The position numbers and the translations under genes were made by a program. 64,000 nucleotides of DNA from Phoronis australis. Lineage: Eukaryota; Animalia; Phoronida. Below are positions 54,135 through 64,000 of the stretch, one piece after another. Numbering within the stretch: position 1 is the stretch's first letter; every line of letters begins with the position of its first letter. Below the pieces are notes generated by a model. The model saw nothing but the letters and a program-made list of their open reading frames with translations. It was not told the DNA's origin and did not search any database. The DNA is taken from contig NMRA01000198.1 in NCBI GenBank assembly GCA_002633005.1, positions 256,045 through 320,044 of the forward strand, in the 5' to 3' direction.

Positions 54135-54452
54135 CTGCCAAACTTCTTAAATGTGCCAAATTTATCCTCTGTGGATCTCACGCTGATCTCATAAATGCCT
54201 GGTTTTCTTGCTCACAACTACCTGACCGTCTCAAACAAGCTTGCGTTACTCCCATTCACAAGAAAAATGCCCCCCTCTCCATCTCAAACTATAGACCTGC
54301 CAATAATTTGAAAACTCTATGAATGTGAGATTTTCAATCAGATATCCAGCCATGTTGAATCTAATAGTCTTTTAATGACTACCTTGGTGCCTTCCGTGTT
54401 GGCTTTAGTTACAATACCACCTTATTTTGCCTACTTGAAGACTGGCAATCTA

Positions 54453-54718
54453 TAGAAAATAACTCGCAAGTATTTCTTTACTGTTCATTGATGACAGCAA
54501 ACTACGAATGATCGTAACCTGAAAGAACAGAGACAGGGGGTAAATACTAGGTCGCTGATAAGTGACGTGTGATTATAATAGGTAAACAATGCTACAGATG
54601 TGCTAAGGCTACAATATATGAGAGAATCTTACCGCTAATTAAACAATGGACTTAGAGACAAAAGGAACATGGCGGCTAGGGCGAATAGCAAGCGCCATCT
54701 ATATGTCATAATTCTCTA
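54453..54718. mobile_element. Small DNA element with TAG termini and 3 bp TSD (Academ-like), nested in the LINE
   Basis: cta|tagaaaataa...taattctcta|cta. Excision rejoins EDWQ to LDEQKY of the RT. Confidence 0.6.
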
Positions 54719-55703
54719 CTAGATGAACAAAAATACACTGCAGCAGTCCTCATAGATCTTTCTAAAGCTTTCGACTGCCTCCCTCACTCCCTTCTAATCT
54801 CCAAACTTGAAGCTTACAAATTTGATGACAATACCATAGCCCTTCTTAGGAATTATCTTTCCAACAGAAAACGAGTAAGACTAGGCCAACACTCTAGTGA
54901 ATGGGGCCAAGGTATACACGGGAGTACCTCAAGGATTCATCCTGGGTCCCCTTCTCTTCAATTTGTTCATCAATGACATCTTCTTTTTCGTGAAAAAATC
55001 TACACAGGTCAACCATACAGATGACAACACCTTCTCTTTCTCTGACAACAGCCTACTCTGTAACTGAAAATTTATGACAGGACAGCGAATCACTCAACTG
55101 ATTCGCTGTGATGCATTTTTACATCCGCAAAAAGAGAGTTAGTGGAATTGTATAGGGGAAAAATCTGTATAGTCATGTATACTGTGTTATTAATTGTAAT
55201 AGGCCAAGTGAACAAAAATTGTGTACTTTTGTAAAAAGACATTCTTCCTGATAAAACTTAAATACATTATGTACAGTAAAAATCCTTTAATTTGGACAGT
55301 ATATAATGTTCTAAAATTTGAAATAGGCAATATTGTCTGTAATAAATTTATGATATAAGATAAACAACGAACAATCATTCATACTGATGTTAACGCTATG
55401 TGGCCGCAAAGAAATGTTGCGTTGGGGACTGTTTTTGACAATTTTATGAGTTGCCGAATCTATTTTTGATGCACAGCGTAGTGTCAGATGTTTTGAGAAA
55501 TATTACGAACACCAAAATCATCCATGTACCAATCTATGGAATCAAGTAAGTACAATTTCAGCTTAATTTTTGGTGTCCTAAATTTTTGGAACTACCAAAA
55601 TTGGAGAATGTTTACCGTAATAAAGTATCATGTATGCGCATGTCAAGGCTATTGCTCTTGTAATTTAAGTTACTGTACCATTGCTATTTGCAGGTTGTGT
55701 AGT

Positions 55704-58638
55704 ATGAGTCGCCGAGGGAAATCCAGTAATTCTTCTTCAGACAATAAGTCTGACACTTCATCAGGAGGATTTTGGGGCTATTTGCTGGCTGCTGGAGCTG
55801 GGGCTCTTATTGGAGGTATGTGTAGAACAACAGCTTTGCAATGAGGAGCTCGAAATTCACCAGGTGGTGTAAAAGAAAGAGTGCCTTATACCTGCGTGCC
55901 GTGAGGTTGTCACGTGACGTGTTAATATTACGCAGGTGTTTGCTCTGTATTCATACAAAGTGGACCTTTCTTTCATTAGCAACACCTCGTAAATATTGAA
56001 TATCTCATTTCTTAAACTTTTCCAGGGCTTTGGTATGTGAATGAGAATAAAATTTAGTAATTTCCATCAATTTAACTGTAAATTTTGTCTTGTTGAGGAC
56101 ACTCCTTGAAAATATGAATGTGCTTTTGAAATAACAAGATCTGTCTTGACTCTGAAGTATACAACTTGGTTTTGTTGGATATTTCTTATTTGTTGTATAC
56201 GGTAAAACCTCGCCAATTTGGTTCAGAAATAATCACTAAGATTAAAGTTTTCTCATGTTTCAAGGCCTTCTAACAATGTTGTGAATACCTACAATTTTCA
56301 TAACACTGTCAGGTGGTCTTGATCATAAAGCATTAACTTAGGGCTACGTGTCTTTCATGGAAAAGCGAGAAAAGAAAATTCCTCTTGTTGGCCATATTGT
56401 GTCCTATGTTGTTGAGATGTTGCCGTAATAAAAAAAATAATAATTGCAGGCGGTCTGATACACGTTGTAACAGACGTGCGCAGGCCTCGCATGTGGGCCC
56501 ATTGCACTGATCACCTGGAAATATTTTTATGCTTTATTAATATATGGTTAAAACCGAGCTGAGGAGCTAGAAACCTGGCTCAAGGGTTTAGCAGTGTGAC
56601 CTGGTGGGATTTGAACCCACGACCTCGAGTAAAGAAAGCGGGCACTTTATCAACCAGGCCACACTGCCTCCTCTAGATGTTGCCGTAACTCGTCTTCAAC
56701 AATTTTGCTTATTGTGTCATTTGAATTCATTTTACAGCAGCCGCAGCCGTCTTTGCTTCCACAAGCGAAGAAACTGAAAATGGTAAGAACTTGTAAATTT
56801 AGTGCTTTCGCATTTTAATGCGTGCTTGCTGGTGCAACTGTGTTTGAATTTTGTACTAATTGTTTTTTTATTATTGTGATAGTTATTATTGCTGTCATTA
56901 TCATTATCACTATTATTATTATTGTCATCACCATCATCATCATCATCATTATCATCTTCATTATTATTATCATTCTCATTGTTATTCTAGCATAATATAA
57001 TAATTATAATAATAACACAGGACAATGTCAAAGATTCTGACCAGTAACTTCTGTCAGAATTACTCAAACATGCTAAGTGGAAGTGCAGTTACTGTTATTT
57101 TCCTCTCATTTTGTACAAAAAGTATTTCCCAAAATTGTCATTATTATGTTTTAAATGCCGATTACCTTGTTGCAAATAATGGAAACTTTGCAAAATGTTG
57201 TTTTGTGACACCTAACATTTATGTATTCTGTATTTTTGCTGTGAAATTTGACAAACTAAAGTTTCATTTGTCCACTATATTGTGTGTAAAATAAGTCAAA
57301 GACTTGCTATATGGAGAATCCGTGAACTGGAATAATCCTTTGTTAGTGTCGCTCCGTCACATTTCATCGTACTCTGCTGTTTTATAACACTCATCGACGA
57401 GTATCACATTTTTCAAAGCTGAGTCTTTCGTGTAAATTTCCCAAGGGAATCCTATCATGTTGCCTTGTCCTTTTTGTGGGAGATTTTCACTATTGACAAC
57501 AAACTATGTGAACATAAATGTCCAGGAATTGATTTGCTAGAAGTTCTCTACTCCTAATCTCTCACTCTACTGCTGTATCATCTCCATGTTAATATTCATT
57601 CTTTTCTCATCGTCCTTTCAGCTGCACGTAATGCTGGCAATACCAATACGACCAGCAACAATGAGTCTGATCAAGGTAAGTCTTCTCATCAGTTACAATT
57701 TTCTTCGTGTCGTTACTGATTTCATTCTCTGTGTTCACCTCTCAGTGTTTGAGATTCTTTTGCCCCCTTCCCCAAGTTGTATTGTACAGGCACAGGTGCA
57801 TGTTGGCGCAGTTTTCCACCTTTTTCCTTTTTGACCAAGTGTCTACTCACCTTAATTTAAGTCTTAATGTGCTGGTTTAGTGTATCGATATGCTGGAGTG
57901 ATCTGCACTTTTGCAGGGTCACTTTTAGTCACACAACTTTTATGTTGTTAAAAGGTGGATGTAAGTTGACAAAGTCAAGTTCAGGGATCATGCCTTGCAT
58001 TGAAAGAGTGAGTTGAGAGTATGAACATTGATCTGTAAGAAAATACATCTGTGCGCCAAGCTGACAGAGTCGTACGTGTTCTGCTTCAAAGAATCGTATA
58101 TGTTATAAACTGAGGTTCACACCGACATTTTACAATTAGTTCTAATGTGCACTTATGATGTGACTGAAGTAGTGACTGTAGTGTTGAGAAACAAAAGTTT
58201 GTGCACCATTTTCTTTTCAAATGTCTTCTACACTGCTCAAGGTATTCATGTTGTGAATGAATGATATTACACAGATGTTACTGTTTTCATGTAATCAGTA
58301 TTTGAAAGATTTGCAAATATTGATAAAATAGCGTGTGAATGTTGAATACTGCGATTTTCCAAAACGTTTTTGTAATCAGCATTTGCAAGTTGCCTTTAAT
58401 TAGATTTAAAGTAGTACTTTATTGACCATACTTTCTGAGACCTTTGTGAACATTTTCATGATGCTTTGTTTCAGATTTCCAGAAACCCACAACCTGCTGC
58501 GTTTGCTGGGACAATGACAAATGTATCCTGTTTAAGCCGTGCCATCATGTCTGCGTATGTTATAAATGTTCAACAACACTCCAGACATGCCCAATGTGCA
58601 GGAAACATATTACAGAGAAATCGAAAGTTTATATTTGA
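55704..58638 (+). CDS. Gene C: small single-TM plus C3HC4 RING protein (putative membrane E3 ligase), 124 aa. Exons 55704-55815, 56738-56782, 57622-57675, 58475-58638
   Basis: All introns GT-AG and phase 1; 112+45+54+164=375 nt. Reads MSRRGKSSNSSSDNKSDTSSGGFWGYLLAAGAGALIG|AAAAVFASTSEETEN|AARNAGNTNTTSNNESDQ|DFQKPTTCCVCWDNDKCILFKPCHHVCVCYKCSTTLQTCPMCRKHITEKSKVYI*. AATAAA at 58670. The RING exon frame is absent from the ORF track. Confidence 0.85.
56429..56674 (-). mobile_element. tRNA-derived SINE
   Basis: Minus strand has A-box TGGCCTGGTTG, B-box GGTTCAAATCC and an (ATT)n/T-rich tail. 14 bp TSD agatgttgccgtaa at 56415-56428 and 56675-56688. Confidence 0.9.
56868..57015. repeat. (ATT/ATC)n low-complexity microsatellite
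   Basis: Directly visible. Confidence 0.85.
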
Positions 58639-59043
58639 AGTTCTTGTTCTATTGAGTATTCTCTAGTGGAATAAATTATGCAATTAAAAGTTAAGTTACT
58701 TGACCATGTGTGAGAGGAGCCTCTGGCTCAACATGGCCATTAAGTTTAAATAAAGTTCATACATCTCTCTATCAATATTTTGGAGCCTGAAGTCGATAAA
58801 TATGTTAGAAATACAACCGCACTGTAGTAAACCTTGTTCAAATTATCAAGAAAAGCCTGTTATTGTGTTTGAAAATGAGTGAATCATCTATCATTTTTNN
58901 NNNNNNNNNNNNNNNNNNNNNNNNNNNNNNNNNNNNNNNNNNNNNNNNNNNNNNNNNNNNNNNNNNNNNNNNNNNNNNNNNNNNNNNNNNNNNNNNNNNN
59001 NNNNNNNNNNNNNNNNNNNNNNNNNNNNNNNNNNNNNNNNNNN

Positions 59044-62000
59044 CAGCCTTAAACAAATGTGTGATAATGAATCTGTTGTCTGCCATATCCGTGGAACTTG
59101 CAGTGCTGCACTTTTTATGTCCGGTTGGGCCTGACTTCAGCAATGCCTCATTTCAAAAACACAAACTGATGTAGTAAGGCCTCCTACTGCTTCAAAATTG
59201 ATTTCTTCTTGCGTTTCACTCAAATGAGAAGCACATTTTTGAGATTGGGTGCGATTGTCCAATCGTTGCTAGTGATGGTTCAACTCAATAAGATGAAATT
59301 GAGGGACTCACTATGTTATGCACCAAGACCGAAAGCTATATGGCAGGAAATACACTAGCTCCATGAACAGATACTAGATAGAGTTAGGCTGGAAATAGAG
59401 AGGTACCTTGACTGGACTTAGATGGAGTTTTGCTGAAATATAGAATTGTTTTGCATCAAACCTCTTAGGATTACAGTCTAGTTAGTTCGAAAACAAGGCT
59501 GTTTAGTTGCTTTTTTACCACACCAAGGTTTGATCTGATTTATATGCGTACTTCAACATTTCAAATTGTCTCATTTTCTGTAAATTTTTTAGATAAACCT
59601 TCATTCAATTGGTGGTCTATTTTTTCAGTTGCACGCTGTTTTGTTTTGGATAACCTTTTTCAAGTGCAAAAATGGAACCAAAGTTGTGAACACCAAAACA
59701 AAGTGTTCTACCCTAGTTGCATTGTGAACAGTGGGCATGAGGATCACAACCTCTATTTATCAATTGCTTGCTGCTTTGTGTTGCTGCTTTAAATACAGCT
59801 GTTAGCCTCATTCTTGATTGGCAATTGGAGAACTGGATGTGAGGTATGTTCACCAGTTTGTAATGCTGTTAGAGGCTGGATACAAGACAAAAAAATAGAC
59901 TGGTTCTTTGACCGGACAATAGATGGAGTTACAAGCTGGTCCATTTGAGTACTATTACAGTTTCACTAAAAAGACATTCCACATAATGTGTAAGTCTATC
60001 TCAAAAATAAGGAAATCATTAATTTTTGTCTTCCATGTTTGTAAATAATGAATAATTCAATGGACACTACAGAGGGTGTACCATTTCATTCAGTTTGATG
60101 TCTGGTACTACTCTTGTCATTTTAATTTTAGAAATCTCATTATAACTGTTTCGTATCTCAAGTTGAGTTGTCTTATATCAGTAATTACTGATAGATCTCA
60201 CACAAGATAACCAATTCCCCCATTACAATATAGCTTGATCACTCGCTGGGCTCATTACACAAATTCACATTCAGTTCCAGCTCTGGGGCTAGGTATATCA
60301 CTCTAGTCCATTGTTAGTGTTGTGTTTCAACTCATCGTACAATTATCTACCGTGTTTCAATGGGGGTTAATAAAACCATTGATCAACAAGTACCAGAGAA
60401 CCGAAACCTAATGGATCTATTTCGGCTAATATCGTACTTATTTGGGTAAAAATGATCCTAACTCAACTTCGGAATCCTTGGTTATATCAGATTATTTTAG
60501 CCAGTGTTTTATTACGGTAAACCCAACACTCATGCGGTACTTGGGCTACTCCATGTAATAGCACCTTAGATCAGATTCCCTGAGAAACGGGCCTCTTGAC
60601 GACAGTGGGACTTGTACATATGTACTGACGAAGTATATAAAGTACAAGATGCCCAGACTTTCCAACGGTAACTACTCTAGCTCAGACAAGCCATTATTTT
60701 GCAACTGCGTTATAGTAACACAAGTCTGAGACATCTTGTTTATTTAAATAAATGTGAAAAAGAAGTGAAATTTTGATCTTTAATGAAGTATGTCATTTAT
60801 AAAATTGTATGTATTTTAATGAGAAATGCAATACATGTAATTGTTTTGCGAGTGTCCATTTTATGAATATAACTAGTAATCTTCAATGAATCTACACAGT
60901 ATTTAAAGAATGGTTTACTTGAGTGTCATACAGTTGAATATTTTGGGAGTTATTTGCTTGTCATAGGGTGTGGGGTCAGTGCAATAGGGTGTGGGGTCAG
61001 TACAATAGGGTGTGGGGTCAGTACAATAGGGTGTGGGGTCAGTACAATAGGGTGTGGGGTCAGTNNNNNNNNNNNNNNNNNNNNNNNNNNNNNNNNNNNN
61101 NNNNNNNNNNNNNNNNNNNNNNNNNNNNNNNNNNNNNNNNNNNNNNNNNNNNNNNNNNNNNNNNNNNNNNNNNNNNNNNNNNNNNNNNNNNNNNNNNNNN
61201 NNNNNNNNNNNNNNNNNNNNNNNNCAGCCTTAAACAAATGTGTGATAATGAATCTGTTGTCTGCCATATCCGTGGAACTTGCAGTGCTGCACTTTTTATG
61301 TCCGGTTGGGCCTGACTTCAGCAATGCCTCATTTCAAAAACACAAACTGATGTAGTAAGGCCTCCTACTGCTTCAAAATTGATTTCTTCTTGCGTTTCAC
61401 TCAAATGAGAAGCACATTTTTGAGATTGGGTGCGATTGTCCAATCGTTGCTAGTGATGGTTCAACTCAATAAGATGAAATTGAGGGACTCACTATGTTAT
61501 GCACCAAGACCGAAAGCTATATGGCAGGAAATACACTAGCTCCATGAACAGATACTAGATAGAGTTAGGCTGGAAATAGAGAGGTACCTTGACTGGACTT
61601 AGATGGAGTTTTGCTGAAATATAGAATTGTTTTGCATCAAACCTCTTAGGATTACAGTCTAGTTAGTTCGAAAACAAGGCTGTTTAGTTGCTTTTTTACC
61701 ACACCAAGGTTTGATCTGATTTATATGCGTACTTCAACATTTCAAATTGTCTCATTTTCTGTAAATTTTTTAGATAAACCTTCATTCAATTGGTGGTCTA
61801 TTTTTTCAGTTGCACGCTGTTTTGTTTTGGATAACCTTTTTCAAGTGCAAAAATGGAACCAAAGTTGTGAACACCAAAACAAAGTGTTCTACCCTAGTTG
61901 CATTGTGAACAGTGGGCATGAGGATCACAACCTCTATTTATCAATTGCGTGCTGCTTTGTGTAGCTGCTTTAAATGCAGCTGTTAGCCTCATTCTTGATT

Positions 62001-63139
62001 GGCAATTGGAGAACTGGATGCGAGGTATGTTCACCAGTTTGTAATGGTGTTAGAGGCTGGATGCAAGACAAAAAATAGACTGGTTTTTTGACTGGACAAT
62101 AGATGGAGTTACAAGCTGGTCCATTTGAGTACTATTAACGGTTTCACTCAAAAGACATTCCACATTATGTGCAAGACTTCTTGTCTCAAAAATAAGAAAA
62201 TTTTGTTAATTTTTGTCTTCCATGTTTGTAAATAATGAATAATTCAATGGACACTACCGAGGTTGCCCCATTTCATTCAGTTTGATGTCTGGTACTACTC
62301 TTGTCATTTTAATTTTAGAAATATCATTATAACTGTTTCGTATATCAAGTTGAGTTGTCTTATATCAGTAATTACTGATAGATCTCACACAAGATAACCA
62401 ATTCTCCCATTCCAATTTAGTTTGATCACTCGCTGGGCTCATTACACAAATTCACATTCAGTTCCAGCTCTGGGACTAGGTATATCACTCTAGTCCATTG
62501 TTAGTGTTGTGTTTCAACTCACCGTACAATTACCTACCATGTTTCAATGGGGGTTAATAAAACCATTGATCAACAAGTACCAGAGAACCAAAACCTAATG
62601 CATCTATTTTGGCTAATATCGTATTTATTTGGGTAAAAATGATCCTAACTCAACTTTGGAATCCTTGGTGTATCAGTTTATTTTAGCCAGTGTTTTATTA
62701 TGGTAAACCCATCACTCATGCGGTACTTGGGCTACTCCATGCAATAGCACCTTAGATCAGATTCCCTGAGAAACGGGCCTCTTGACGACAGTGGGGCTTG
62801 TACACATGTACTGACAAAGTACATAAAGTACAAGATGCCCACCAATTGTAACTACTCTAGCTCAGTAACACAAGTCTGAGACATCTTGTTTATTTAAATA
62901 AATATGAAAAAGAAGTGAAATTTTGATCTTTAATGCAATATGTCATTAGTAAAGTTGTATGTATTTTAATGAGAAATGCAATACATGTACTTGTTTTGCA
63001 AGTGTCCATTTTATGAATATAACTAGTAATCTTCAATGAATCTACACAGTATTTAAAGAATGGTTTACTTGAGTGACATACAATTGAAACAGAATATTTT
63101 GGGAGTTATTTGCTTGTCATAGGGTGTGGGGTCAGTGCA
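59044..63139. repeat. ~1.9 kb duplication (59044-60983 vs 61225-63139), each copy starting right after an N gap (58899-59043, 61065-61224)
   Basis: Initial offset is 2181 bp. The copies look identical up to 59767/61948, then show scattered SNPs and indels. A 21 bp unit repeats ~5 times at 60963-61064. Confidence 0.9.
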
Positions 63140-64000
63140 CTACCTTTTCTGTTGTGTGATTAGGTGCAAGTGTCATTTTGTTGTAAAAAAACACCAACAT
63201 TCATTAATTGTAATATGATCTAAAACGAGTCACTCCTCTTAATCATGGTTCTGTTTTTTTCAAAGAATGCAAGTTGTATCATTGCTCAAGATGGTTCACC
63301 TTTTTGTAACTGGTTTTAATTTGCACACAATTCGTTCACTTAACTCTGACATGAAAATCCTCAAGTCTTCACATTAAAAATGACCAACTTCATGTCAGTT
63401 GTAATGTCTTACTCTCACAAAAAGGCTGCATTGTGTTTGCAATGATCAGCTGTACAACTTTTGAAATAACGTGCCAATTTTTTTGTTGAAAACATTTGGT
63501 GATTGTTGGTCATGTGGCAGCCTCTTGTGACGTAATCTCAATAAGCAGCAGCACACTATCTCTTGTCGATATTTTATCTGTGCTTATAAAGTTCTTGTTG
63601 GAAATAAATTCTGTTATGTTGCCGTATTCTTTGAAAGGTTTGCATACAGGTTGCATTTTTTCTACTCAGATATGTCCATGTCATCTCCGTGTCAGGTAAT
63701 TGTGTTAAGAGAAAACAATTCGCCATTAGAGTATCATTTGGTGGAGTAACATCTCAAAGTTATCCATTGTTATTCAAGAAATTTTGAATCGTTGTCTGAC
63801 TTGGTCATTACTTATTCACTACTTGTTAACTCCTTTCTGACACTGTCCAAACTAAAAAATCTACTGAATATGTGCGACTGCCTATACGCATAAATGTAAA
63901 ACACTATAGCAAAACTTAAGCAGCAAGTTTTTACAGTAACAGTAGATCCTGATGTGCATTCAATTAATACTAACTTCTTTAAGGTAATCCAGGACCCTAG

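Larger units (their letters stand above)
52280..55100 (+). mobile_element. Degenerate CR1/L2-type LINE reverse transcriptase, split by two DNA-element insertions
   Basis: After removing the insertions it reads GISNVPAKLLKCA...LKQACVTPIHKK...SNYRP...LLEDWQ/LDEQKYTAAVLIDLSKAFDCLPHSLLISKLEAY...GVPQGFILGPLLFNLFINDI...TDDNT. Confidence 0.85.

Noticed and set aside
56590-56674. tRNA gene
   Set aside because: A and B boxes are present, but it continues into a SINE body with tail and 14 bp TSD.

Overview
Intron-rich, AT-rich, transposon-dense metazoan genomic DNA. The repeat content suggests a marine invertebrate, possibly a deuterostome (inference). There are two assembly gaps. Splicing exons by hand gives a co-oriented (+ strand) cluster of four small genes. 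Gene 1 (968-4806, 5' end unresolved) is a canonical IFI27/IFI6 (ISG12)-family gene. Genes A (30694-33331, 237 aa) and B (43050-47665, 231 aa) are tandem paralogs in which an acidic disordered N-terminus and an eroded ISG12-like Gly/Ala-rich membrane segment are spliced in frame to a C-terminal C3HC4 RING domain. Gene C (55704-58638, 124 aa) is a minimal single-TM plus RING protein. All resolved coding introns are phase 1. The intron inside the ISG12 motif is shared by genes 1, A and B, which points to an IFI27-RING E3 ligase fusion family made by exon shuffling and tandem duplication. The rest is mostly TE-derived: Kolobok-like deletion derivatives, Helentron-type elements (one with an array of CTCF-like motifs), THAP and DUF7869-type transposase relics, Penelope fragments, a CR1/L2-type LINE with nested DNA elements, MITEs and a tRNA-derived SINE. 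The ~2 kb duplication between the gaps is probably an assembly artefact. All calls were made by eye, without database searches.
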